Positions 1 through 14,285 of a DNA stretch of 64,000 bases are shown here, piece by piece. Below the pieces are notes generated by a model. The model was not told the origin of the DNA, made no database searches, and worked only from the letters and a program-made list of their open reading frames with translations. Position 1 is the stretch's first letter, and every line of letters begins with the position of its first letter. A program made the translations under genes and the position numbers. This stretch comes from the human T2T-CHM13v2.0 reference genome, Homo sapiens: NCBI RefSeq assembly GCF_009914755.1, contig NC_060926.1; one strand, 5' to 3'.

Positions 1-290
1 TTGGTGAGTATAAAGAAACCTGCTATAAATATTTGTACACAGCTTTTTGTGTAGAAATTGGCTTTCAAATCTGTCAGGCAAATACCTAGGAACATATATA
101 CTTGATGGTATGGTAAGACTATGTTTACTTTTATAAGAAACTATAAAGCTGTCTTCCAAAATGTCTGTTTTATTTTGTCTTTCCACCAGCAATAAAGGAG
201 AGTTCTGTTGCTCTGCATCCTTCTTAGCAGTTGGTGTTGTCACCTGTTTCAATTCTAGTCATTCAAATGAATGTGTAGTAGGGTTTTTAT
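1..290 (-). mobile_element. Old L1 (L1M) ORF2 3'-end fragment
   Basis: Reverse-strand L1 motifs: 'aaatacctagga...tatggtaagactatgtttacttttataagaaact...ttccaccagcaat...agagttctgttgctctgcatcct'. Confidence 0.8.
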
Positions 291-849
291 TAAAGAAAAA
301 ATACATGCACAATTGTCAATTGCCCAGTGAGTCTTTGCTCAACATGTTTTACAGAATGAAGACTTAGAAGACTTTATATGTGCAGCCATGGATATAGTAT
401 AGACCCTGAACTTTTGTCTAAACTTGAGGAAGCCATTTCTAGGATTGGGCTAGGCCCCCTACATAAACTGGAAAAATCCAGCTTCTTTTCCTTCAATCAA
501 CCCAGACCAGAGATTAAAAACTCAAATGCCTAATAAAACCAGGAAGGTATATTCTTTAGTGAAGTGGGCTGTGTAGAAAACAACAGCAGGGCAGACTGGG
601 AGGAGCGAGTCTTGTCCATTTGGAACCACTTCTGTGTTTCAATTGCTGGTTTACACAGGGAATCAGACATAGTGTGAGCAAATATAATTTTTCAAGGGAC
701 TCTGGGAATCTGAGTTTTATGCAAAATCTTCTGATTTTTAAATGTAGGCAGCTAATTAAAATCCTCTTCAGGACAAACAAAACATAGAGGCTCAAACCTT
801 TAGGCTGACAACACCAATTTAAACCTTTATATATAAAGAGTGGTTTATT

Positions 850-1200
850 CATGAAGGCATTTTGTAAAGGTTTTTAATCCAGAAAATTTCATGAGCTGAA
901 TTATGTTCCAAAAACCCTGTTAAAATAGTGTTGGAGAGATGCAAGAGAGGTCAGTTAGAAAAACATTTTAGTGATACAGGCAGATTATGCTGCTTGGACT
1001 AGAGTGTTGCAGTACAGATGGACAGAATTGGACAATTTGTGAAAGATGTGAGAAGTAGATTTTATTTCTACTGATGAGTTGGATAAGGATAGGTTGGGGT
1101 AAAGGAGGACCATGGATCAAAGCTGACTACCATGTTTCTACAATGAACTAGGGAGATATGGTGTTTACTGAGACAGAATAAACTGGCAAAGGAGCAAGAA
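850..1200 (-). mobile_element. L2 fragment
   Basis: Purine-rich, degenerate L2-like text ('gatgagttggataagg...aaggagga...caaagctgactaccatgtttct...tttactgagacagaa'). Boundaries approximate. Confidence 0.55.
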
Positions 1201-1239
1201 AAAATGTTATTGAGATGAAAGGAAGAAGAAGGTATGTGG

Positions 1240-1370
1240 TATTATTATCTCTACTTCATGGTTAAGGAAACTGAGACCTTGAGAAGTTAAGTAATTTGCC
1301 CCAAATCACACAGAAAATATCTTGTAGATCTAGAAATCAGACCCAGGACTTCTGATTCTCAATTCAAAAC
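1240..1370 (-). mobile_element. MIR SINE
   Basis: MIR core 'aggaaactgagaccttgagaagttaagtaatttgccccaaatcacacag'. Confidence 0.8.
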
Positions 1371-2420
1371 TACCTAATTGTCCCTAATGTGTTTCATTGT
1401 TTTTAACCTAACATGGATTTGAACAAGAGAAGCCTAATCATTTTTAGGTACCAGATTTGGTAGAAAGGCTGGTACTTCACTGACCATTATATTATAATAA
1501 TGCAGCTCTGATGGACTCTAACCCAGAGGAGGGATGAAGAATCACAAGTATTGATTGGGTAAAAAATTACAATTTTGTAAACCTGCTATTATGCTATGAG
1601 GAAGGATAGGAAAGAGACTGAGGAAAATGATAAGACAATTGTACAGGGTATTAAACTACTAGTGCAAGACAACCGCAAGTCATGTTTTGATTTATCTTCT
1701 TTAATAAACACCTGAGAAGTTTGTGAGATCAACATCAGGTTTCTTCTGTGCAGTATGGCTTCTACATTTCTAAATTATAACCAGAAAACTGGTCGTATGA
1801 GGAATACAGGGACAGAGAGAAACAAAGATGTGCTATTTGGAGAAAGTGAGCAGGAGCAGAACCCTTATCTGAGAAGCAGCTTCTCATCTGATGTCTCTTC
1901 TGGGAATCTGTAGCAAGCATGTTTCTCTAAGGTGAGAGCCTCAGCCCTCAGAGAGAATCTCTCTGCCCCTAAGATGGGAAGGAATGCTGATAACCAGATA
2001 ATAGGTGGGTATAAGGGCTGATTTGAGTCTTTGTTGGATATTTCTATTCAATAAAGAAAAGGGGAGTTTTTCAATAACAGAAGTGGAGGCAGACTATATT
2101 CTTTGCTCAGAAAAATATCTTGATTAGCTATTTGAAGGTAGGGGATGACACTGTAAACCCATGGATTGGTTGGTGTCCAGAAATTAGGAGAGAGATAGTT
2201 GTGTCACTTTGCTTAGGAAATGAATAGAAATGTGTGCCTGCAGCCTACCAAGGAAGTGACAGAGAGGAAGACAGGGGGAAAGAGGGGGAGCTGGTGCTTA
2301 AAATGATAGACTCTTAAAAGAGAGGAATATCTAATATTTAAAGTTTTTATTATTATGATCATATAAACCAACACCTCTGCATTCCGATTCTTACATTTAT
2401 GGTAAACTCTGCTACACAAC

Positions 2421-2855
2421 TGTATCAGTTTTCTGGGGCTGCCATAACAAAGTACCACAAAATGGGTGGGTTAAACAACAGAGATGTAGTGTCTCACAGT
2501 TCTGGAGGCCAGAAGTCTGAAATCAAGGTGTTGGTAGAGTTGGCTCCTTCACAGAGCTCTGAGGGAAAATCTGTTCCCGGCCTCAATCCTGGCTTCTGGT
2601 AGCCTCAGGCATTCTTTGGCTTGGAGAGAGTGACCTCCCTATGTCTTCACATGTCTTCCTTCTATGTATGCTTGTCCCTGTGTCCATTTTTTTCCTTTTT
2701 ATGAAGACACAGTCATATGAGATCAGGGCCTATTCTAATGATCTCATCTTAACTGGATCATCTGCAAAGACCCTTTCCCAAATGTCATATTCGCAGGTAC
2801 AAGAGGTTAAGACTGCAACATCTTTTCGATTGACACAATTCAACCCATAATAACA
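2421..2855 (-). mobile_element. MaLR solo LTR (MLT1B/C-like)
   Basis: Starts 'tgtatcagttttctggggctgccataacaaagtaccac', contains 'tctcacagttctggaggccagaagtctgaaatcaaggtg', ends 'caattcaacccataa'. Confidence 0.85.
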
Positions 2856-3396
2856 ACAAATATCTGTTTTGATTCTTTATTCTATTTATTTAAGTTTTAT
2901 TGAAGTAGCATGAGGACATTGTGGATCCAAGGAAATGGGATGCATTCTCTGCCAGAGGCAACATGTTGAGCAACAAGGATAGCACTTGAGGGATGATGGT
3001 AAATAAAAAAAGAAAACAAACAAACAAACTCAACTAGTATTAGGGAAATTGTACCTCAAAACAAGAAATGAATTATAATCCAATTTTTTTCTTTCCCCAC
3101 CAAGTTTCTTACCAAACAATAATTGGATTTGAGCCTATTTTGTAAGCTAAAGCACATCAAAGAACATTTGGGTCATAGCTTTTGTCACTTTGAGCTTCTA
3201 CTTTCATATAGTATCCAGCTCAACTTGACATAAATTCTTATCCTAGGACTGAGTCAGGACACGCTCTTGAAATGGCTGCCAAAGAGTTTCATGGTAGAGA
3301 GGAAGACAAATTAACTAGCTTTGGCTTGTCCTCAGAATACCTTCCCAAAGTCAGAAGGAATTTATGAAACAAATCTGAGATTATGTTTATGGTATT

Positions 3397-3398
<2 letters not shown>

Positions 3399-3448
<50 letters not shown>
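3399..3448. repeat. Perfect (TC)25 microsatellite
   Basis: 50 uninterrupted bases of TC. Confidence 0.97.
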
Positions 3449-3452
<4 letters not shown>

Positions 3453-4737
3453 TTTTAGATAGAAAGTCAGCCGTATGCAGTACCTTGTGAACATTTTGGC
3501 TCAAGAAATCCTCTAGCAAAGTAAGCATGAAAGAATCTTGGAAACCAGAATCTCTGTACCCTTTACTTTCTTTGCATTTAGTGTCCCCCTAAGAGGGCTT
3601 AGGAGGTCCATGGAAAATGTGCTTGCCATTGGTCAAATCACTGAACAAGAATGTTCAGGTGATTGGGCTGACACTAGGAGGCATGTGATTAACAAATTTG
3701 GAAGATGCCATAGGCAATGTAAAAGAGAGAATATTCATGGGCACTGGAGAGGATTGTGAATTGTGAATAGACACTATACTATGGAGATGCTTCAATGCTA
3801 CAAGGTCCTTCAGGCAGAAAAAGAAATCCAACTGATAAGAAATCTATGAGGCTTCAGTATGTATATGCTCCATCTGCAACTTTGAAATATCAAGTATCTC
3901 CCTCAATGGCTGTGTGTTACCACCATTGAAGTCAGAAATACCGATAGGATCTACTTAGATACTGTAGAAAGAAGGTTGCCAGTATATATAGAATTATTTT
4001 CATATCAACTTAAAAAGAAAAACCATGAACCAATTCATTTGAAGACCGCTGGATATATTTTAAAAGTAGAAATTCATCTAATAGATGATTGAAGTGAGCA
4101 GTTACAATTATTTGTGGTACTGTTTTGCTACAAAACTTGAACTGCTGTGTAGAGTTAGGAAACTTCTCCAGTTCCCTGGTTAGAAGGTTAATTTTAGATG
4201 AAGTGGAGAAGGTGTTGTCTACTCCTAGGGATTAACATGGAACAAAACATGAGCACTGAAAGCTCCAGTTCATATTGGGGAAGAAAAGAGGTTGATATGG
4301 GTATGATTTGGCCACCTGAGGTTGAGCTCCTGACAGTTAAGGACTTGGGGAGTAGAGGCGAAGATGCTTTCCACTTCTAGTTTTGAGAGAGGGGTCCTTA
4401 GAACGTGATTGGTGACAACACTCATGAAGTGCCCTTTGTCCACGGACCTGTGGAATGTATGCCAGTAATGGCCGAGTAGGTTGTTTCACTGGTGGCCAGG
4501 GTAAACACAGTCATGGAAGAAAGCATTGCTCAGGTCTGAATGGGGAGTACCTATGGGGCAGAGTCCTTGAACTCTGATGAGAAAAAATACAGTTTTCTTT
4601 GACTATAGGGAACGATAATGGATATTTCTTAAGAAACTTAGCTTGTGCTGAGAAAGTGGCTTGAATTGTGTGGAAACTAAGGCTTGGGAAGGCCAAGACT
4701 ATGGGAGCAGCCTGGAGGGATGAACCATCTATTTTCC

Positions 4738-5192
4738 TGTCAGTTAATAAGCTCAGTTTCTAGAGCTTCCCCTTCCTTTTCTGGAGGTAAAGACCTAAGA
4801 GAGAGTGAAGTGGACAGGCTACCAAACCACGATAACACTTCTGCAGAGTCCTGATACGTAAGCAACAATAACGAAGGGGACCTTGGTGGGGGAGAACAAT
4901 TGTTCCAAGAGATGGCTAAGCACAGACAATGCTCTGCCACAACATCCTGTTTCCTAATACGTTGCTTTGCATATAGCACCAGCAGCATGATCTTGTTTTG
5001 CACGTAGCTTCCTCTAGCATGACCCTATAAAACTTCCTTCCAGCCCTTGCCTCTTTTCAGATAGCTCCTTCTCTGCTATGCTGCTGTTGCACCCTTGCAC
5101 CATATCTTCATACTTTCTTGAATAAATCTGCCTTTCTTTACCTGTGACTGTCTTGGTCACGATGTCAGCCTCAGCCAGTCACACCTGTGACA
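4738..5192 (+). mobile_element. ERV solo LTR (LTR47-like)
   Basis: TGT...ACA termini, TATA-like 'ccctataaaac' at ~5024, 'aataaatctgcctttctttacct' at ~5121. No clean TSD; subfamily tentative. Confidence 0.6.
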
Positions 5193-5869
5193 ACTACTTC
5201 TTTGGGTTTGGAGGTCAAAGTTCCAGAGGAGGGTCCTGACTCCAAGGGGAGCAAGAAATGCTGAAAGACAAGATGTGAGATGAACCCACTCTTCTGGATA
5301 AACAAAAGGTTTGGAAACCTTCCATGGTATGGAAGAGCCCCACTGTGGAAGTTATCCGACTGCAGTGGAGGATGAGTAACCATGCAGAGCTGGGAAGAAA
5401 TATTTCCGGCATTTCTAAGAAAAAGGGGATGGTCAAAATAGGAATGTAGGACAGCCAACAGCCAAATGAGTGGCAAAATTCCCAATACTTCCAGATGTTA
5501 TTTCAAATATGGGAATGTTTGAATAGCCAATTAGTTCAGAGAAGACTGTGCAGGCTTAGAGGAAACCCAGACTCCTTAGAGATATTGGGAAGAGATGGGG
5601 CGCCAATCCCAATTCCGTGGGAAATGATGTCTGGGCCCATTTTATTTAAAGTAGAAAGGACAGCGTACCTCAACTGAAAGCTAGACTATATATGTATAGA
5701 ATGTTCACATGCTTGCCATGTTTTAGCTTAGTACTGGGCTGGAGGGAGGCCAGACAGGGAAGCATGAGAACAGGGAGAAGGACCCAATACCCTACAGTGT
5801 TTCACCACCAGGGTGCTGGGGAGCTCAGTTTGGGAAACAAGGCACCTCATCTCTCTCCAGGAGAAGCAG

Positions 5870-6060
5870 TATGCTACAATGGGAAGAGCTCAGGCCATGC
5901 ATGATCGGACAGTCTTGAGTTTGAATCCTATCCCTGCCAGGCCTGTTATGTGACCGAATCTAGTATCTGAGTCTTCTTTTCCTCATCTGTAAAATACTTA
6001 AATGATTCTTGTCAAGGTTATCAAGAATCTGTGTAAAGCTCATAGCAGGTGTTCAGCTCT
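5870..6060 (+). mobile_element. MIR SINE
   Basis: 'gagtttgaatcc...tgtgacc...cctcatctgtaaaat...tgtaaagctc'. Confidence 0.65.
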
Positions 6061-6274
6061 GGCTTGTTGTTATTCCACCGTGTCTAGCAGGGTGCCTTGC
6101 ACATACTAGGAGCTTAGTATGATTTTGCAATAATAACATATTGTAGTCTTGAGCAAGACACATTTACCCTTCAGCATGTACTTGCCTTGACTTGTTCCTG
6201 ATGTCTAGTCCAGGTATTACAATCCTCACATTTCCTGTCATTTCCTCCAGTCTCCTCTTAGGGTTGGAAAGTGT

Positions 6275-6505
6275 CATGGTTGAGGGAGCAGGACCCAGCA
6301 TTAGTCTGCCTAGATTTGATTTCTGGCTCTTCCACTTACAGCCTATATGGCTTTGGTAGGTTTCTTTACCTCTTTTTGTCTCATTTTCCATATCTATACA
6401 ATACAGATTATAACAATCCTGAATCCTCTGAGAGGATCAAATGGATATATGTGTGAAGCACTTAGAAGAATGGTAAATGCTCAATAAATGTTATTTATTG
6501 TTGCT
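6275..6505 (+). mobile_element. MIR SINE
   Basis: 'ctggctcttccacttacagcc...gagaggatcaaatgg...gaagcacttagaa...tgctcaataaatgtta'. Confidence 0.75.
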
Positions 6506-7949
6506 ATGGACTTGCTTCAAACACTATTCAGCCAAGAGACACAATTTCTCTGACTTCAAAGCAGAGGAGTGCTAGAGAGGGGATGAACATGTGCATCCCC
6601 TCCCACACTGTGCTTAAAAAGGTACTAGACTGATTCGAAACTGCCTCCTACTTACAGAGCTGTAGGGTGTACTGATTACTGGAACTGCTCAGGGCCTGAT
6701 GGTGACCAAACCGTAGTGGCTCATGGTAAACCATGTACTCCAGTTATTGTTCATGTGTGAAGAGCATCTCACAGGCCATGCAGTCCAGGGCTGCATTCAT
6801 AGAATGATCATTTATTCATTCACTCATTCAACAAATATTTATTGAGCACTGAACTTGCTAGGCAGCAAGTGTGTAGTGATCAGCTTGAGAAGATATATTA
6901 GGGGAGGGTAGGAGCCAGTGAGAAGGGAGAGGGTTTTGCTGATGCCCTTGTTCGTACAATAGCAGTGAGTGGAGTAGAGGTGATTATACGAAATGCAGCA
7001 TCCTGGAAAATCCACATGCAGATTCACAAGAGAATTCTGGGAGGCTGAGTTTCTGCCTGGCTGGGGGTCAGGGGTGAATCACTGGTAATGTTTCCCGAGG
7101 ATTGCTTCCTTCTCACACAAGCCACTTTGTCTTCTGTTTTATTAAAGATGGGACATATGCCAGGAGGGGAAGTGAGGTTTAAGTACAGCTCAGAATAGAA
7201 AGTGGGATCGATACTTGGCTGAAGGCCGCTCTGGCTGCTCTTCATTTGGGCATCACTCTAACTGGCTGGGCTTCCATCCTGCCAGGGTGGTCTCAAGGTT
7301 ACTGCTCTGTTTCATCACTTGTTTATGATGTGAGTGTGCAATGGAAGAATTGGGTGCATGCACTCCTTCCATCCCACCCCTTCACACTTTGGCCCTCTTC
7401 AATTAAAGCTTTTAGTATTCTTTCTTTCTTTTCTTTTTTTTTTTAAATCTGTTTTGAAATGTAGATTTTCCAAGAAAAGGAAGCCAAACCTGTAATTTTA
7501 TACCTGTATGTAAAATTTGCTAACTTTGTGATGAATGAAGTCTTCTCACACTCACTTTTTATTTGTCCTTATCACAACCTATATGGCTAGTAGGAATTGG
7601 CATCCATTCCCCATGGAGCACTTCTGTGTTGCAGCCTTATGCTGGGTAGAAACATTCTGGTACCATCCCAAAACACAGTACTCAGAAATGAAGTCCCAAA
7701 AAGTAGGAGAGTCATGCCTTGAAATCACATTTCTTGCTTTCTACTCCAGTTTTCTTACCACCACTCCAAGCACTTGCTAGAATTTTGTTGAAGACAGTAG
7801 AGAGATAGATGCGTACCTGCACTGTAACTATTGATTATGGGCCCAGTAAGAACACAGTGCTCTGAAGAGGGCTATCCAGTCTTATGAAACATCTGTGTTG
7901 CCTCCTCACTTTAATGCATCCCTCTCAGACTCCTTCTTTATCATTACAG

Positions 7950-8450
7950 GACAAATGGTGGAGCTTCCCTTTCTCTTCCTGCCTAAGGATTATCCATCAT
8001 CTTATTTTTCTCAGCTCAATCACTCTTAGCTCATTATCCTCCGTTATTGATTCTTCTGTATCTATATCAATTAACTCTTCTCTCTCTCCTCTACATACAA
8101 TCACATCCTCTCTTAGGGCCTATTATCACCTGCACTTAAACTTATACAGATCTCTCCTACCTTAAAAGTTTTCCCACCGAGATGCCCTCCATCCCTTCAT
8201 CTCTCTCTTTCCTCCCCTCTGCAGCCAAGCTTCTTATAGAAACTATACTTACTTCCTCAGTGACTGACTACTTATCTCTCTGCAGGCTGAATTTGATCCC
8301 TGATATTTTGGTTCAAGTGGCTTTTTTGAGATCACCACTGACCCCTGTGTTGGGGAATTCAGTGGATGCTTTCTAGTCCTCATATTATCTGATCTCTCCT
8401 CAGCATCTGACTGTGAACTGCACCTTTCTTTGTCACATCTCTGCAGATTA
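7950..8450 (+). mobile_element. L2 ORF2 fragment
   Basis: Pyrimidine-rich L2 sense text ('gcagccaagcttctt...gagatcaccactgacccc...gtcctcatattatctgatctctcctcagcatctgac'). Confidence 0.6.
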
Positions 8451-8657
8451 TGTATCTTCCAATCCTCATACAGTACTTCATGTATGTTTATTGAATGAAG
8501 AGATCATTATTGAATGCCAACTATGTGCCAGGTACTATTCTTAGAACCGGGCATTTTTACCGTATTTCAGTACCTTGGTCTTTGATAACAAGTTAAGTGT
8601 GTTTGTGGGTATACTTATGCAAGTTTAAAAAGAAATACATGCTGGGCAATATGATAA

Positions 8658-9071
<414 letters not shown>

Positions 9072-9352
9072 TAATCATCAAATAGAAGATGTCACACCCT
9101 TTAGACATCTCTCTATGTTTCTCAGTTGAAGATTCATCAGCCCACTAAAATGACTTGGTATTGAAATGGGAACTGTCACTAACGCATCCCAGATTATCAG
9201 AAGAAGAACATTTAGACCAGAAAATAATTGAAAGATTTGGAGCACCAAAATTTCCCATTATTTGGGAGAAAATGGGACATTTAGGGAAATTATCTATTTA
9301 TAAAGAAACATACGGTTGTATGTTTACAATTTAAAACAGTTGTAAACTTGTA

Positions 9353-9716
9353 CAAATGCTCCTCAACTTACCATGGAGTTACTTCCTGATAAATCTATAT
9401 GTTGAAAATATTGTTAAGTTGAAAATGGATATTTTGTAGACATGATGGGACGCAAAAACAGAAAACGCAGTATCCAAAAAATGCTGGCAACACAGTACAG
9501 TGTTAAGTATTGGTAACTGTGGTGGTGACTGTGTGGCTGACAGGGTGCTGCAGATTGCTGCCACTGCCCAGCATCACCAGAGAGTTATTTTCTGCATGGA
9601 AACTGGAAAAGATCAAAACCAGAAACTCAAAGTTTTATTTCCACTGAATGCATATTGCTTTTGCACCATCATGAAGTTGAAAAATCATAAGTTGAATCAT
9701 CATAAGTCGACGACTG
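9353..9716 (+). mobile_element. Tigger-family MITE (MER47B-like)
   Basis: 'ta|caaatgctcctcaacttaccatgg' ... 'catcataagtcgacgactg|ta': degenerate TIRs with a TA target duplication. Confidence 0.8.
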
Positions 9717-10104
9717 TATTGCAAATTCAAGAGCAGTTAATAAAACCTGTACCAATTCTCACATTGAGAATTGAGCTGCTGAAAGACACATCAGTGAGGA
9801 CAGACCAACTCAGCTATCAGCAACTACCTTCAGCACCCAACTGCCTGAATCATAAACTCAGCAGTAAGTGTTTGATTAAGCCCTCCAAGTGACTCTGATG
9901 CACATTACAGGCTGAGAAACAGACGACTAGGGAAACGTAGTAAAATTATTAGGCCATCATTAGGCTAAAAGTATTAGACTATATTATTAGGCTACTATTT
10001 TATTGATGTAACAAAATTATTATTATCCAGCTCTAAGAGTCTACTTGAGGTTAGAATTCATAAATTTAAAATGAGTTCAGTCAGCATGATTTGGAGTTTT
10101 TCTC

Positions 10105-10222
10105 CTGTTAACACCTCAATTTAAGGACTTCAACTTCCAGAATTGTAAGATAATACATTTATCTTATTTTGAGCCTCTCAGTTTGTGGTTATTTGTTATA
10201 GCAGCACGAAGAAACTAATACA
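10105..10222 (+). mobile_element. MLT1 LTR 3' fragment
   Basis: 'ccagaattgtaagataatacattt...cagtttgtggttatttgttatagcagcacgaagaaactaataca'. Confidence 0.8.
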
Positions 10223-12329
10223 CACTCCCTCCAGGAACCAATATGCATGTCCCTCAATCCCCTCACTTTCTTTCTTCCTCCAACCACAGTGTGGCACAGA
10301 GGATCTTACAGAGACCCCCAAGGCCCTACAGGAAGATGGGGTCACCAGCTGGCAGCAGCCTGGGTCCCAGAATCACTATTTAGCAAAACACCTGTATTGA
10401 ACTATATGTGAGAGAGAAATAAAGTCTACCTTGTTAAAACTCTGAGATTTGGGAGCGTATGTGAGAACAGCTGGCCAACCCTAATGAGATTGATCCTAAT
10501 AGTGGTGAAACAGTGAGTAGTGGAGTGAAAGTGGTAAGTGGTAAGATGGCCTCATCACAAGTGTATAGAATGCTATAGCTCTTCCTTGGATTGTGCCAAT
10601 GGACGCTGCAGGAAAATCAGTAATACTTACATATAATAACTACAGTCTGGTTAAGGACTATGACAACATCAAAGGCAAGTAAGTAGCACATATATTAATG
10701 AGGTTATTTTGTAGTTCTACTGTGAATGATAATTGTTTGTACCTTAAGACTTCATGCCTTGATCAGGTGTAAGATATGTGAAAACAGTCATTCTCAACTC
10801 CCTGATGAGGGTCATATAATTTCTCCTCTAAGTCTTTACTTGGGATACTAATGATGGTAAGAAAGACAAAAGATTGAAGTTAAACAAATCAAGTGAGCAC
10901 AGCTGACAAGTGGATAAGTGCTAATCAATGAATGTACAGATTGTCTTTCCTGTCAGATCTATCTTTAGACTTGATTACTATTAGATCACCCAGAGACACA
11001 CCACCCATCTGCACCAAGTTGCATTCTATCTTCTTTCAAATTTCCAAATTTCTGTTTAACCACTACAGTAATTGCCCCTTTGTCCTCACATATGCATTGA
11101 CTGCAGCAATTGATACATCAAAAATCCTTGAAAACAGTGCCATAGAAATGGAAAAACAAATTTCATATTTGGAATATTTGAGATGGTGATAAGGAACAGA
11201 ATCTATGACAATGAGGAAAATCTCTGAGATACATGTTGAAGTCAGTCATTTACATCTAGGCTATAAATAAACAAGAGAACATTAAATTCTCAAAAATAAT
11301 TATCCAATGATAGCCTAGATTAAATAAACAAGTGGTAGTGATAATGAGTACACTTTAATCCTCAATTTTGTTTTGCGAGTTGAAAAGATTAATGATTGGT
11401 GTTTAAATGGAGATAGTGTCATTTTATTCTTATGCATAATATAGATTTTTAAAATCTAAATAAGAAAAATTTTGTAGAATGAAGCATCCTGGGGTCATTG
11501 GCAAAGAACTTTGGGAAGACTAGGATGAAACTTAATAGTGAAGGTATAATAAGTAATTCCAGAATTTGATTGTTGAACCAAACTTGGAATATTTTTTTAA
11601 AAGTGACATTTCTTAATCACCTCCACATCTTCAGCATCAGTCACAGCACCTAAAACAAGTTTTTAACAAATACATTTATTTTAATGAACAAAATGTATGA
11701 TCATTTTATTTATAGCACTTGGCAATATGGGTTTTTATTCCATTAGAATGAAAAGTCAGTCCCATGCCAAAAAAAAAAGAAAATTAAGAGCAATACATCC
11801 AATGAAGGTCAGTCACTTGCAGAATTGCCCAATTCATCACAATTTTGAAAGTGGCTGACAAAATGCAGCTAGTCAGTCATCATTACACAAAGATACACAA
11901 CTGAATGGGAATAGTACATGCCATGCCCTTATCAAGATACCAAGTTATGTCGTATACACTCTAATTTGTATTTTCCTCTTGTTCCTGTATTAGCTGAGAC
12001 ATTGGAAAGAATATTCATTATCAGCTGTGGACAGCTAAGGAAAAAGTTATTGATTTTCAAAAGCATTTTGAACGTGACAAAATTACATGGCCAAAGCTTG
12101 CTGTGATTAGCAATAAATCAAAGAGGCAATTTTTCTTTTTTCATAGTGATGACACATGTCCACATTCAGCAGTTGAATCTGTAATAACTCTAAGTTCATT
12201 AATTTAACAGAGTCCCCCCGGGACCCACACCTTGCAGAGATGTAATCACATTTATTCCACTCTTACAATGTCACCTGCCTACTCAAGAATCCCTGATAGC
12301 TTCCTCTGGCCTGCTATATTTTTTTGGTT

Positions 12330-12732
12330 TGTATGATCCGAAATGTCTTGCTCCTCCAAAAATTTGCATGTTGAGCCCCACACTTCCAGTACTTCAGAAT
12401 GCAACTGTATTTGAAATAGGGTCTTAGAATTGACTACGTTAAAATGAGCCCATTTAGGATGTGCCGTAATCCAACCTCACCAGTGTCTTCACGAAGAGGA
12501 AACTTTGGACACCCAAGGAAACACCAGGGATGCAAACACAGAGAGGAAACACCATGTAAGGACACAGTGAGGTGACCCTCTGCAAGCTAAGGAGAGGCCT
12601 CAGAAGGAACCAATCATGCCGACACCTTGATCTTGGACTTTCAGCCTTTAGAACTGTGAGAAAATAAATTTCTATTGTTTAAGCCTCCCAGTCTGTAGTA
12701 TTTTGTGATGGCAGTCCCAGAAAACTAATGCA
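12330..12732 (+). mobile_element. MaLR solo LTR (MLT1B/C-like), interrupting L2-like sequence
   Basis: 'gacaccttgatcttggacttt...agaactgtgagaaaataaatttctattgtttaagcctcccagtctgtagtattttg...aaactaatgca'. Confidence 0.85.
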
Positions 12733-13680
12733 TATCAAGTCCAAACTCCCCTTTCGGGAATTAAAAATCTTCCCTCAGGCAACTTTTTTGATCCAACTTT
12801 CCATTACTCATCAACTGAGCACTCAGATCCCACCCTCATGCCCTCTGCATGCTGTGTAATTTTCTCTTTAGCATTCACCTTCAATGCTTTCTCCAGGGAT
12901 GCTCTCTCCCCTCTTTTGTTATCCATAAAGCCCAATGCAGGGCCACCATGAAGTCTACTCTAGTCCAGCCCAGACTCCTCTCTCCCAATTCCTAACATTT
13001 ACCTGGTGCTACTAGATTGAAAATTGAATTGTTCCTAAGATCCCAAAAAGCTCATTTCTAATGAGAAGTCTTAAGGCAATATCATCAGTGCCTAAACTAG
13101 AGCTGAGCATAGAGAAGCACTACAAAAACATTGGTTGAATCAATGAACTATTTATAAAGGACTTTATTATTTTCTTATTTTTTACATGATAATCTTTATA
13201 TTCCTTACGCTTTTAGTCAAGAAGTAGTTAATAAGCTTCTGATGTGTTCCTTGTTATGTACTAGGCAGAATACAGGGATAAATGGTATAAATGCCATCCT
13301 CAGGGAGCTTATGGTCTGGTACAGACTGCAGATAAGTCAACATTAATTGGGGCTAAATACTGTCTTCTCTTATTTCCTGCATAATTTCTTTTCATAACTT
13401 CGATTACAGGGTGAAGTGCCTAGGCAATCTATAAACCCTTGCTAAATGTTTGAGGAGGAAAAGAGCTAATATGAACTGGAGCTACATTCTCCAGCCAGAC
13501 TGTAGCTCTTCTTCAGCCAAGCCCCTGGGAAGCTCACCACAGCTCTTTTCTGCTCCTGGAAATCTCTATACCATGTTACATGAGGGAGGATCTGAGGAAC
13601 TGACCTTCAAGTCTTGATAGTTCTTTTGAAAGAACAGTCAAGCTTCTTCTGTCTATAAAAAGAGATAAACCGGACAGAGA

Positions 13681-13839
13681 TAGGGTGACTATACTTCCTA
13701 GGTAGCCCATGTAAGTTCCAGTCTAAGCCAAACGTCTCAATGTAACTATGAATAGTGCCCCTTTCACTACTGTTTAGTGAGTGTTCTGTTTAAGTAACAC
13801 AAGCATTCTATTTAAGTAACAAATTATGTGGTTGACCTA
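13681..13839 (-). mobile_element. hAT-Blackjack MITE (MER94-like)
   Basis: Termini 'tagggtgactata' and 'tatgtggttgaccta', internal 'aatagtgcccctttcact'. Confidence 0.6.
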
Positions 13840-13974
13840 GGCAGCGACAACTTATCTTGAGGAAGGCTATGAGACCAAGAATGGCTTTTTAAACATTTTC
13901 AAGTAGTCAGGATCATTTTATCTGTTCTACTTGTACTGACTTGAGAGAATATGGCAGATCTTCTTGGGCTCTTT

Positions 13975-14285
<311 letters not shown>

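Noticed and set aside
3600-4130. Possible ancient L4/RTE-like LINE remnant (also ~10930-11520)
   Set aside because: Only a vague resemblance; needs a Dfam HMM search.
13784-13822. Short duplication 'ttct.tttaagtaaca' in the MER94-like element, and 'ctcctcaatcct' x2 at ~34683
   Set aside because: Microduplications of 12-22 bp are common slippage products.
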